A stretch of DNA of 63,764 nucleotides, filler included, from Choristocarpus tenellus KU-1152 (lineage: Eukaryota > Protista > Phaeophyceae), in the NCBI GenBank assembly GCA_964200185.2. It is 8 parts of 8 records of this genome, joined end to end, with 100 filler letters (N's around TTAATTAATTAA, not from the genome) between each part and the next. Parts side by side here need not be neighbours in the genome. Positions count along the whole stretch, not along the records: positions 47,188 to 49,799 come from CAXNAD020026282.1; positions 49,900 to 61,057 come from CAXNAD020002476.1; 6 more parts are not named here. The stretch is one strand, 5' to 3'. Shown here piece after piece: positions 47,188 to 59,429 of the stretch. Position 1 is the stretch's first letter; each line of letters begins with the position of its first letter. The position numbers were made by a program, and so were the translations under genes. Below the pieces are notes generated by a model. The model did not search any database and had not been told where the DNA came from. It worked only from the letters and a program-made list of their open reading frames with translations.

Positions 47188-48627
47188 GCACAGAGATGAC
47201 CACAAGTGCGGGGGGGTTGGGTCCTCTCCTCTATGAAGCACCACCAACATGCACAGCCTTCGTAGGATTACTAGTGGCTACTCTCCCCACCCTCCTAGGA
47301 AGGGCAAACAAGGGTCTCATAGCAAGTATTTCTGGCAAGCCATCTGTAAGAGCCCAACAATAAGGACCCTGGGATCATCCATCCACATCCTTCTCTTTAC
47401 AAGAGTCCTCTCAGAAGACTTGGCGGAAAATTATTGCCCAAGGCAGGGTAACCTGGGGGGGGAAAACATCCCCTACACCGCCCCCAAAGGTCCACACTCT
47501 GGCAAACCATGATGCCACGATTACAAGGAGGGTGCAACACGAGATCACCCGCCTCCTAAACGGGATCCACTTCGACTCTTTCCGGATGCAATTGGCCACC
47601 TTACCTGATGAAGTGGGACAAGGGAAGGAATGTTCCTTGCTAGGCTTGGCACGCCACTGGACCAATGTGGACAAGGGGCGAATGCACATGGGCCTCAACA
47701 CAACCCCTGGAGCGTGCCTCCGTCGAGCTTAAACTCACCACCAGTAGATCCCTAAGGAAAGAGGAGACCCTATCGAACAGGTTCCCGGTGACTGGTTGCA
47801 GGAGACAAAATGTAGACACACCAGATATGCGTGTACCTGCCCTACGGCAGGAGGACAGGTTCACCAACACACACCGATGGTGAAGCGTCCGGATCAACTT
47901 TGCAAAGGAATGGGCATCCCTTGTACTATGGAGGACGGTAGCCCATTTACAGTAGAAAGTAATTTCCGCGGATCTGGTCTTCCATGCTTGGTCAATTGCA
48001 GAAGTCGGATCAGCTTCCGACCGAGACAAAGGCCTCCTGCTAGATGTTAGGTTTGCAGAAGTGCAAGCAGCCTCTCCATCTGCCTCATTCATCCACCAGC
48101 AAGGGTGTAGCTGGTGCTGTAGCTGAGGCGCGAAAGCGCACCTACTACGGGGGATCTTACCTTGTAGTGATAACCTCAACATCTTTGTGGTAGAAAGTTT
48201 TGGGCGCCTTGGTAAGAAAGCGGAAAGTTTTCTGGATGACCTAGCTACGTACGCAATAGGGGGGAAGAGGAACAGGAGGCTACGGCAGAAAAAGGCTGAT
48301 CAAATCCCGTCTACGCCAGGTAGTCTCAATCACAATACAAGTACCCCTATCTAGACGTACCATGCGTTTTATGCTGGAGACACCAGAGAGATGGGCAAGG
48401 AGAGGCTTGTTAGATTCTTGGGATGCTTCCCTAGCTCCCCACCGTTTGCTGCAGGAAGAGGAACAGGAAGGAAGTGGTGCAGCATAGGTGGTAGTAATAT
48501 AGTAAATAGATTAAAGTCTGTGATATTTACGACAACTGTTTTTTTAGGTATATTTCTTACAAGTGAATAGTTTTCATTGTTTTTTCCCTGACACAACTGC
48601 AAAATGTCAGAGGACATAATAATAAAA
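47188..48627 (+). mobile_element. Degenerate RLE-type (CRE-like) non-LTR retrotransposon, 3' portion with 3' UTR and (ATA)n tail
   Basis: Frameshifted motifs GGLG, a Cys/His knuckle-like region, DLVF...LLLDV, AEARKR..Y, FVVESFGRLG...FLDDLA and RLRQVVSITIQ, typical of restriction-like endonuclease C-termini. Ends in CATAATAATAAA. Confidence 0.72.
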
Positions 48628-48632
48628 TTATG

Positions 48633-49090
48633 TATTATTATGCACTCTGACATTTTGCACTTGTGCGAGGGGGGAAACCAATGAAAACTATACACAGTCA
48701 GTATAAGCCCTAAAGAAATAGAATGTCATAGGTGTGAAAAACCCTAATCCATTTGTTACTTCACCATCTATGTTGTACTACTGCCCTCCTCTGTCTCCAA
48801 TTTACCTATACCTGTGCCCCGAGAGGAGGTATCCCAAGAATCCAATAAATGCCTCCGTGCCTATCTCCCTGGTGATTCCAGCTTAAAACGCATGTCACGT
48901 CTAGACAGCGCCATTTGCGTAGTTACTGAGACAAATTGGCGTATAGGCGGGATTTAACTACTCTTTTCCTGCTATATCCTCTAGTTCCTCTCCCCCCTAC
49001 CATGGGAGTAGCCAGATCATCCAGGAAGCATTCCGCTTGCTTGCCGAGGAGCCCAAAACTTTCCACCGCGAAGGTGTCGAGGTTATGACA
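48633..49090 (-). mobile_element. Second, 5'-truncated copy of the same retrotransposon, inverted tail-to-tail
   Basis: Reverse complement aligns collinearly with 48165-48625. Confidence 0.8.
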
Positions 49091-49142
49091 AATATGATGT
49101 ATTGTTACTGCTCTTGTGCTACCGACTACATAAAACCATACT

Positions 49143-49226
49143 TCGGATTATACTGACATGTGTAGTTTTCATTTGTTTTCCCCCTGACACATCTGCAAAA
49201 TTTCAGAGGGCATATTGATTAAAAAA
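49143..49226 (+). mobile_element. Third, extremely 5'-truncated 3' end of the same retrotransposon
   Basis: TAGTTTTCATTTG...CCCTGACACATCTGCAAAATTTCAGAGGGCATA plus an A-rich tail matches 48568-48627. Confidence 0.7.
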
Positions 49227-49739
49227 CTTCGAAGTAGAACATACATGTCAACGTGAACGTCACTCTGTGACCAGTGTTCTCCATTGCTCACTCGTAACAA
49301 GGTTGTCTTGTGAAGAAACCTAGCAAATTCCATCAACCCAGTTATTATCGTTGGATGTAGGCATCGCACTCCTTGAGTTGCAAGGCACTAGGAATACAAA
49401 TTGAAACAATGGCCTTTCTTGTATTCCAGCAATATCCCAAGTGTGTACCTGCAGTGTTTCTTGCCACATTTTTTGAGCGCAACGTCGATTTCACTTGATG
49501 TACACACAGTTTTCCGAGCAGAATATTCACATCTGTGAAGCGTTGTCTCGATAAGTTCGATGATGTGTCTCGATAATGACTCTCAAGGACACTTCATCTA
49601 GATTTTCCATTTGGCAATATCGATAGTGGTGGACTGCTTCAAATGTGCCATGTAATTCATTTCTTTTCTACTTGGTTTATGCTGGCTCTGAATACTTTCC
49701 TAACTGAGATAAGTATTCTGTGTTACTGGGGTGGTCATT

Positions 49740-49799
49740 GGCCCAAAGTATCTGGGGGGGGGTGGCGGCTGTCCATTTGGAGTCAAATTTTTCATGTCG
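49740..49799 (-). mobile_element. MITE family B right end at contig end
   Basis: GGCCCAAAGTATCT-polyG-TGGCGGCTGTCCATTTGG is the reverse complement of the right end of the 61209-61326 copy. Confidence 0.75.
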
Positions 49800-49899
49800 N
49801 NNNNNNNNNNNNNNNNNNNNNNNNNNNNNNNNNNNNNNNNNNNTTAATTAATTAANNNNNNNNNNNNNNNNNNNNNNNNNNNNNNNNNNNNNNNNNNNN

Positions 49900-50714
49900 C
49901 CCCCCACCCAGTCTTCCCTCTCCGCGTTGTCCTGGTGTGCACATCTGCAAACGACACATACTTGTCCTTCAGAAGCAATCCAGAAAAAAAAATGCTTCAA
50001 CAGCTAAACTCAAAACATTCCGTTCCACATCACACCTCCCTTACTACAGATCCCACTGAGACAACACTTTCCCCCAAAGGCATCACAGTCAACAAAATAC
50101 ACACAAAAACACACAAAAACACACACAAACACACACGCACACATATGCTGCATGTTTGACCACCATTAAACAGAAAAGACAGCAAAATATCAAGAAAATA
50201 AAAACAAACACAAAAGCAAAAAAAATTTGTGGAAACCCCAACTCAACCTTCACGGTACAAAACCCTCCTAGAGATCATCTGATTATTATCCAATTCTGTA
50301 CCTTGTTACCTACAACTACCAATGAGACCCCCACACCCCCATTTTCTACACTACATTGATAATATAATTGCACCAAGTGCTGTGAAGTGATGCTGCTCAA
50401 CCTTCTTAATCAAACTATCCATCTCTCCCTCTCACAATAGAATAGTAGAGGCTACCTGCAAACTATGCAAAAACCTACAACGGCTCGACTATCCCTTCCA
50501 ATTGTAATTGTCAATTGATTGACATCGGCCCTGGGAATAGTGTACACAAAGTGAAAAGAAAGGGACAAAAAATAAAATGTGATAATAAAAATGTGGAACG
50601 ATTCTTGCACCTGAGGATGGGCACCCTGTCCTTCAAATCTGTACCAGACAGATGGGCAGTCAGAAGCCACTCAGGAGAGACAACGAAGGCGGTCTTCCCC
50701 TTCTCCAAGATCAT
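49900..50714 (-). CDS. Possible fragment of an unknown multi-exon gene
   Basis: Candidate exons ~50714-50611, ~50495-50456 and ~49966-49900 with GT/AG boundaries splice in frame (MILEKGKTAFVVSPEWLL...RDSRAVVGFCIVCR...). No homology recognised. Confidence 0.3.
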
Positions 50715-51360
50715 CTACCACCTAACCTACACACAGCTCTCTCTCTCTCTCTCTCTCTACGCTACACTGGTTGCGACTCAAACCACTGGGGGTTTCATCC
50801 CCTCCACGGTTGTCTCTCCATTATTCATTTCTTCATATCAGCCTCACCTCATTATCGGCACGCCTGAATTAAGACATAGGAAAACCAACAAGAACATGAA
50901 TTGAATTGCAAATTGAAATCTTGAAAATGATGTTTTCTGTACTGAACCAAGTGCAGCATCAAAAATGTAGAGTAGCGCACACAACCGATGTATCAAATAC
51001 ATTAATACCAACTAAAATTGTACAATGATCTACATAGCTGCACACCACAAAACAGGTGTGATAACACTACGCAACCACGGCAAGGAATGCAATGTAGAAG
51101 CTAGAGGGGCTAGAGATAAAGCACAATAGACGGCAGCCTTCTAATGGCAGTTCAAGTTATATGTGTCACTAATACTTCCCAAGTGCAATCCATGATACAA
51201 TCAATAGCAAGAGACAGATAGGAACAGAAAATAGGAACAGCACAAGAAGAAAGAACTCTTGTCCTAACCACATCGGCAATCACTCTTCATCTTCCTCCTT
51301 TGAAGTAGTTCCTTCTGTCACCAGAAACAAACAAGAACCCCCTTCCCACATCATACTTGG

Positions 51361-54300
51361 TCATCCAAAGATCCACTCGCCTTCCAGCATGAGATTTTCC
51401 AGGTTGCTCACAAGGAAGGCCAGGTCCACATCATCAACATTGTCAGCAACACGCATTGATTCCCAAGAAGCCATCCCTGCAGGCCATGAAGCCACCCCCC
51501 ATATAAAGGTGTCAAGGCACCGGTGTAAAGAAAGAGCACAGGGAGGGAGGGAGGAAAAGACCAGAACGAGATGAAAAATTGTGTCAAAATGGGGGAAAAA
51601 ATATCGCAACAGTGCCAAGAGCAATGATGTGTATGAGCCAGCCTAGTGCATAATGACAAGTGTCAACTTCAGCACAAGGCATGTAAGTTGAGCACACTGC
51701 TCATGCATGGGTAGTCTTACCAAACACCGATGAGAGATTAACTACAATTTAAAAAACAGGAACAGCCTTATATAGAGTACTTCAATAAAGAGAGTTTCAC
51801 TATTCTAGGTGCTGGACCGCTTCAAGGCCTACACACATCCAATCCTATCCAAAATCTCCTGTTGCTGGTGCTTCAGCAGGCAATCCTCTTGCAAATAAAC
51901 AGGGATCAAAAACATACAGGAAATTGAATATGTTCTCAAAACTGACTCAAGAAATTATTTTCTAGATGGACTCTCACCTAGCCGCATGTCTAGTACTACC
52001 AGTTCATGATCAATTATCAGAACTGTGATAAGTGAACACCCACATTATTGTGCACAGTTAACACAAGGTTGGTCTGAATTATGTCACTAATATTTTTTTT
52101 ATATGTTCCATGCTCAAAGGAAAAAAAAGCAACCAGAAAACAAGAGTATTAGCTATTGAACCTCTTTCCAAATACATACCTGACCAGAAAACCCTGGAGA
52201 GTGACTTCATCATGCTTTCAAAATTTCACTCTTGGAAAAAAAAATAATAGTCATGGTAGACTTGGCACACAGCACCCGAAAAAAAAAAGAAGTGTATTTA
52301 TCCATCTTGCTTAGGATCACTTTGTAACGAAAATGCACAAAAAAAGTATTGGAAATATGAACTTTAAGCTAGCAAAAAACTGGGAAGAAGATCCAAAAAG
52401 AAATCTAAATAACATGCTATATAACATGACAAAACAAAACATGAACAAAAAAAATAATAAATTGCTTTTGGTGCTCGTGGAACATATCATCTCATCTCAA
52501 AGTGGAAGGCACAATAGATACATAATATTTTCAAAAACTTCTTGTTTAATTCTTGATGTGGCTTGAGAGGGAAGACATGCAAGACATTACCAATATAAAC
52601 ACTACCAATATGTATACAGCTTAATGGTTGGATGAGTGACAGCAATCACAACAGTATCTCTGCATTTTTTCATTTCGGGATACATTTCTACTGCTGCTAA
52701 GGGTCCATGTCTCCAACAACAAAGTCGTTCAAAGTTTTGGAGGGGAGGTGGGGTAAGGGCAGGGGATGGATCTTGTGAATCCGATCTGAATTTCCAGAAC
52801 AGAAATAGGTCTAAAAAAGTATAATTCTTGAAAATAGATTCTAAGAAAAAAATGTGGAACACATACACTTAAGGCATGTATATTTAAAAAAATATAGAAT
52901 TCTAGATATGCACAGAGCACCAAAATAGTAAGTCGACAATAAAAAAAAGTAGGAGCACAATCAGGAAAGTGATCCTTAAAAAGAACCAGTACTGTCACTA
53001 AAAACGAACACCATACTATACTTTGCACATGTTAAGCGGTCTCCTAACAATCAATCAAAAATTCTCAAAAAATAAAGGGTGTGCACAGAGCACACCTCAA
53101 CCTTGGTCACAACGCTCTCGAGGATACTAATACTTCAGAGATTCATAGGAGAGGCAAAACATACACTACATATTGCACTACCTATTTTCTTTTTTCTACA
53201 ATTAACAAAGAGTCACAGCAATGTAGTGTAGTCCTGATTTTTTATTTTGACTCCAAACTTCTTTGTTTGCTAATAAAATGTGTTTGAATTTAATGGTGCA
53301 GTAAGAACATTCATTTTCTAAATAAGCTATCAAATCGAACGTCTTTTTGTTCAATATGAATTAAATTTTCAGATTATAGGTAAGGCTGTAATTTGATCTT
53401 TGGTCCTCTAGTTGGTTGTTTTCTACCAACCACAACGATATTGGAACCCTTTACTTGACTCTTGGTGGTTCTACTGGGGTTCAGGGAACAGTTATATCAG
53501 TAACTTCATGTTAATTAAGTATGCCACAACCAGATGAACCTCACATGTTGAGGTCAACCTTCAAGGAAATGTCCCTCATGCTCATGCCAACTACCCCTCC
53601 AATAGCCCTTGGTATTAATTGTACTAACCTCTTGGATCTTGCCACCTCCTATCGCCACCTCCACCACCTGCAATGTCACGACCACCCAGTGCCCAGCGTG
53701 TACGCGCTTCCCTCCCCCACCCCACTCCATGGGCATTCACATGGGGGAATGAACGCCGCGACAGTGTTGGAGCAGGCTGACTATCTTTAACATCATTACC
53801 CTCAGCGTCTAGGTGTGCGTAGAAACAACGCTTCCCGAAAGGACAGGTGTTACTGCCATCCGGACGGTGGTACCTGTAGGTTCCAAAACAAAACAGGTGC
53901 GTCACACGATTCGGACAGGTCATCGATGGGGCTACATTTCATTTCATTTTGAGAGAGAATTGTTCACACGAGGAACGCATCGGCGTTCCATCCGTTTTTC
54001 AAGAAAAGAAAACTACGTGATGGACTACTGGAGGTTTAATTTTGCGAAGTACCTCTTATCTATTTCATGCATAGCGATATCTATTTCATGCATAGCGATA
54101 TCTATTTCACGCATAGCGATATCTATTTCATGCATAGCAATCACACAACTGGGAAAAGTAAAAGAGCAAGAGTACGTTTCACGTTTCAGCTATGAATTGT
54201 TTTGTATCAGACTCCTAGTTGAGTTCTCCAATTTCCTTTTCCTAAAATGTCAGTTGAGTCCAAGGGTGTTCATACTAAGAAGGTTTTAAACGTGGTAGGT

Positions 54301-55471
54301 GGAAATACTTGCTTGCAAGGTCGACTCGCAAGCCGCTCCTTGTAAGCATTAATGGCCTTGACTTTTTCCTCCCCCATGAGGTGCGTCTTAGAGGGCACCA
54401 CAAAGAAGGACATCTGACGACACTCAGGACAACCACGGCACACATCCTTCAGCCCTTTCGAGTTGCGCCACTTGCGGATGCACTCTGCGGGCAAGGAGGG
54501 GAGAGGGGGGGGGAAATGCAAGGGCAAGGGTGAAGAGTATCCTTAATCCATCCAGCTGCAGATTTCTTACCACATAACTAATGTTCTCTTAGATCCTCAT
54601 CAGATGTGTCGGCACACTTCCTAGGGTGAAAATGTCAATAGAGAGTGTTAAACTTGTCGGCATAACTAATCGCAAATGCAATACTATCAGAGAGAAAGAA
54701 CTAGCTCTATGAGGAGGGCAGGACAAAAGATGAGGTTTATCCCTTACGCAGGACCCACTGCCCAATAAGAGGGGCAATCGGATGACATTCGATTGAAGGT
54801 ACTGCAAGTAGGGAAGGAACAACCCGGGCCGTTCTTCTATCAAGTAAAGCAGAAACTGACAAATGTGAAGAGGGGTAGTTCAGTTATTCGTCGTACCCAA
54901 GCAGTACACGTGGTCGCAGCTGAGCAGGCCGAACCGCTTGCCACTGGCAGGGACATTCTCCAGGCATATTCCGCACTCCTCGCTTCCTCCCCCCTCGTAA
55001 GCCACTGCAGCTGCAGATTCAGGGGTGGAACTGGATGGGGGTGCAGCTTTTGGAACGACCGTTTTAGCATCAGGCTGCTGTGTATCGTGTTGAAACTTAC
55101 AGCCTTCACCGTATCGGCAGCTCTTGTTCTGCTCGTAAAACTTGCACACCGGACGCCTTCCTTGAACACTGTGGCTGAATGTACACATGGCTCCGAACTT
55201 GCACTTGCCCTGGCAATTTGTTGAGGCATGTTGATGGTGTTACTATCTGGGAGACAAGGTTGATTTCCAAGTTGATTCAAATATTCAATAACATGTTGCC
55301 TGACATTTGAGAAACTCCCCATGACTAGCACAAACCCACCAGAAGAAAGAAGCGGCATGGGGGACGGGTGAGGTCACCAGCACTGGTCTCGTCCTCTTTC
55401 CCTTCTGACGAGGAGGTCGACCCCTCCATCCTCCTCGAGCGGTTGCTCACATTACAGTTGGTTCTCACCAT
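51361..55471 (-). CDS. MKRN: Makorin-like CCCH zinc finger / RING E3 ubiquitin ligase, ~325 aa
   Basis: Exons 55471-55340, 55209-54897, 54484-54313 (GC donor), 53873-53629 and 51476-51361. Two CCCH fingers, RING CGICLE...RFGLLSCDHVYCLECIRKWR...CPECR, then FFVVPS and a C-terminal CK...CPFGKRCFYAH finger. Confidence 0.93.
54058..54141. repeat. Minisatellite, 4 x 21 bp (ATCTATTTCATGCATAGCGAT), intronic
   Basis: Four near-identical adjacent units with no spacers. Confidence 0.95.
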
Positions 55472-56070
55472 TTCTCCAATGTCTTGACAACTAAAATAAA
55501 AAAATGTAGGGAGAGAAGGAGGTGGTTTGTAAGGGCATACAAGGTTAGACTCCAAGGATCAAAGAGGTGTACATTGAAGAGAGGGTCAAGGAGTCGCGAA
55601 AGACCACTTCAGACACTGCTATAGCTAGAACACATTTCTTACATCAATGCACAATTTATCCAGCTAGGGACGTAGTACAACTATGCCGCAGCGAAGTCGG
55701 TCACTGTGTCCAAACTTACCCTCACTAACTCTTCTGTCACAGTCCTTTACGTTCTGGTAAATGCCACGATGGAGGGGTTTGCTTCTAATATTACTTTCTA
55801 ATTTCAACTTTCAACCAAACCTGTTCAGATAAAAATAGAAAAAACAATGTAATTATTTCCAGTACAAATACATTCAACGATTCAACACCAATAAATGTAA
55901 TTCAAAAAAAATATTTTCACATAACAAAGAGCGAAAGATGAGTCAAACATGAGGAATTGGTGGCGGTGGTTCCTCCTGTAAGCACACATGTACACAAGTA
56001 CAAATATACACAAGTACTATTAATACAGCTGGGGACAAGCACGCTCCCACCTTTGATAGTCACGTGTGCC

Positions 56071-59000
56071 ATGAATTCTAGGTCTCCAGGTTCCTCGCAA
56101 TCGACGAGTGCGAGACATCATCATCACAGAAATAGACAAACTCCACCTCAGAAGGTTCCACGCCACAAGGATGAGGGGTTGTCGGCTTCCCTCCAACTCC
56201 AAGAAGAAGTTTACAAAGTTTGTGCTCTCGTGGAGAACAGAGCAAGAGAAGTCTGCATTGCTACCGTCAACAAAGCAAACGCATCCGTCCTACAGGTGAT
56301 TTCTCGTTGGTGAGGGAGAAATTTGGTGCTGAGAAATCGACCTCCCTCACAACACTTCTGGCTTCGGTCCCTCTAATGCAGGAAGATAATAAATAACCTC
56401 CTTGTCAGTGAGACACGCAGGATTCTCATTTCTAGCCCTGTTTATTTTATAGAGATCTCCTTTAAGATGAAAAATCATTCACCTGATGCGTATTGCATCT
56501 TCTATGCTCTGGTAGCTGTCTCTAGACCTTTCATTTCATCTCCACGAGCAGTCACCATTCCTTCGATGTACCCCAACTTACCCACAGCTAAGCTGTATCC
56601 AAGACTCACAGAGCTACATGAAGACTTTATCAGCCATTGAGGCGGTGGGTGCAAACGAAATCCTCCTCCATGACGGCACCCGTGGTCGGGTTCTATCGAC
56701 CAAGGTTGTAGATGCTTTTCACGGTGACAAATCCAGGGTGCTCTTTGTCTCACGACAATACTTCGACCAGGACAAGGTGTGTGCCAGGCTATGATATCCT
56801 TCTGCATATTTCAAGGAGACTAGTACTTTCGCTCTTGAAGATGGCAGGAGGGTGCCTTATTTTGACATTTGAGCAATAGGTAGTACGACAATTACCTGGA
56901 GTGAGCCTTGATATTTCCTGAAGTCCTGGTTTGTTAGGAAGTGTCATTATCCTTGTTCCGGATACAACTTTTCATAACGTATACATTTTACCTACTCCGA
57001 AATATTTCGGAGTAGGTAAAATATCATAAAAGAACCCATGGAAAGCCAAGACTCAAACGGACAAACAGGGCAAAACTCATACCCTCTAAGATACAAGAAT
57101 ATTGTAGAGCTACTACAAGCAGTCGCAGGGGCCACCTGCAGTGGATCTATGACCACAGCTACTCAAGGGGACCCTACTATGCCCCCCGTACGGACTGCAG
57201 TTACTCCTTAAGCTGTTGTCAATGTGAACTTCAAGCAAGGCTCGCATAGGAATGGTGTTCTGCTTCTCAGGCAAACAGGGCACAAATTGGTACTAGGGGG
57301 GGGTGGAAGGTGGGGAATGTCTGGGGGTAATAGCATGTCATCAACAAATTTAGGTTGATGGTCATAACTCTAGTGCTTTACTATAGTTCCTGAAGTAGAT
57401 TATTGTGGTTTGCTCACCCAATGTACAATAATAAAAAAGCCCAACAATTCCACAACTTACACAACTTTACCCAATTTCAAGGCATGTGATTGTTGCAAGT
57501 ACTTCTGAGGTAACCTGTCGCCATTATGCTCAAAATGACATGTTCTTGCCTGGCTTCAAATGATAAAATGTTTTCGACAGGGCGCAGAGCTCCTCAAGCG
57601 ACTGTCAACAGCGCCTTTGGAAGCAGATATGTTGGCTAAGTACACATCCTTGGCTGCATCCTTTTGCCTCCTCCGATACATCGAAAATGCCCTAGGACAC
57701 ACCTTTGCCAATGATAGGTAAGGACACGGCTGAAAGAATTTGCACAATATATGCAACACATGTGGAGAGATTAATTGTTTCTTTTGGTGGGATGTTATTG
57801 GTTGATAGATGGATAGTGCTACAGTTGGCTATGTTGAGTTCTATCTTAGAATCTTGGTGCCAGGTTTTCATGCTTTAAAGAGTCAAAGTATCTTAAAGGG
57901 TAGGACCGCGTCCTTTAGGGGCCAAAATCCAATATTCCGATTATGATGTAATTTTGACTGCCGTGTTTTTAAAAAGTGTCAGTATCCTTGTTCCAGACAC
58001 ACCATTTCATAAGGTGTACTTTTTACCTACTCCAAAACATTCTGGAGTTGAAAATTTTATTAAAAAATCGATGCGTAGCCAAGTCCCAAATGGACAAACA
58101 GGGTAAAACTCGTACCCTCTAAGATACTTTCACTCAAATGGTCACTGTGGAAAATTGAATGACTGCTCAATCGATAGACACAATTTTAATTCATTTCACG
58201 AAGCAATGAAGCTGGAATAAATGGTAGAGGTTGCCAGTGAGAAAGAAGTAACATACAACATGCTTAGACCTGTGACAGATCCTGCAAACCAAAAAGAGAG
58301 TACAAAAATGGAACAAATATACATATACTTCGAAGTATATGCAAATGCAACAATCAATACAGAAAAAAAGCAGGAAGAAAAGAGATGTAGCAAAACAAAA
58401 ACCATAGAGACTTTGAAGGTAGAAATGCAGAGAGAAAAGGACATTAAATATGTGAAAAGAGAAAGGCCCAGCTATCAAGTTCAACAAGGAAAATAAGTAT
58501 CAATTCCAGCTTCAAGAACCACGATTCGTCTATGAATGGACATACGTCCACTCACAGTCACGTGTCAGCCAGATATCAGGTCAACTCCTGCGCACCCATA
58601 ACAGTAATACCACTGCCAGGAACATAGATACCAAAATCAGTACCATGAAGAATGTAACAAACGACGCAATATTTGATCCTAAGGCTATTCTCAAGCAAAC
58701 TACTCCTTTCATCAGTATGCTAAGTTTCTCTCTAAGATACACCTTTTTTATTGAAAATTCCACAAGAACATATCCACACACTCCAGCGTACCTGTATTGT
58801 GTTGACAACAGTTGACAACAAAATATTTGCACTTCTACAAGAGTAACTCTTCATCTGGATCCATTGTCTTTTTCAGCACTCACACCATACTCTCCGTCTG
58901 CTTTGTCAGTTTGCGGATTCAGACAGACTCTGGCGGAGAGGGTTGTATGACAGTTGACGTGAGCACAGTTAAGGAGCTGGAGCTAATTGCTGATTCTCGG

Positions 59001-59099
59001 TCTGGGGGTCAAAAGAAGAGTCTCTTTGGAGTAATCAATCACACCAGAACCGCTGTGGGTGCAAGGCTCCTGCGCTCCAGCATCCTCTCTCCTTCCACG
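56071..59099 (+). CDS. MSH4: MutS homolog 4 (meiotic), 3' partial
   Basis: Exons 56071-56295, 56588-56776, 57581-57717 and 58910-59099 in phase. Motifs: ENRAREV, DSQSYMKTL, SRQYFDQDKGAELL, LLRYIE, VDVSTVKELEL and SLFGVINHTRTAVGARLLRSSIL. It lacks the mismatch-binding domain I, as MSH4/5 do. Confidence 0.88.
56929..57094 (+). mobile_element. MITE family A, 5'-truncated copy
   Basis: Contains the perfect central palindrome TTTTACCTACTCCGAAATATTTCGGAGTAGGTAAAA and the right end ACCCTCTAAGATAC. Confidence 0.8.
57880..58135 (+). mobile_element. MITE family A, full copy
   Basis: TIRs GAGTCAAAGTATCTTAAAGGGT / ACCCTCTAAGATACTTTCACTC. Confidence 0.88.
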
Positions 59100-59167
59100 G
59101 TAGGTCAAAATGTTTTGTGAGTTTGCAAAGGTGGTGCTTAGTTCCCTAGCAAATGCAATAATTATGG

Positions 59168-59429
59168 GAGTCTAAGTATCTTAGAGGGTAGAGCCGTGTC
59201 CATTTGGGGCCAAAATCCTATGTTGCGATTCTGATGGAATATTGGCCATTGTGTTTGTTTGGAAGTGTCAATATCCATGTTCTGGACACACCTTTTCATA
59301 ACGTATATACATTTTACCTACTCCGAAACGTTTTGGAGTAGGAAAATGTCATTATAAAAATCCCATGGGAAGCCAAGCCCCAAATGGACAAACAGGGCAA
59401 AACTCACACCCTCTAAGATACTTTCACTC
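59168..59429 (+). mobile_element. MITE family A, full copy
   Basis: Same ~22-bp TIRs, subterminal GTCCATTTGGGG/CCCCAAATGGAC and the central palindrome. Confidence 0.88.

Noticed and set aside
48563-48695. Stand-alone 130-nt hairpin as a miRNA or MITE
   Set aside because: Symmetry extends ~460 nt on each side; it is the junction of two inverted retrotransposon tails.
54058-54141. 21-bp repeats as a possible CRISPR array or ISISCIA repeat protein
   Set aside because: No spacers, eukaryotic intron, no cas genes; the ORF 53813-54289 is antisense to makorin.
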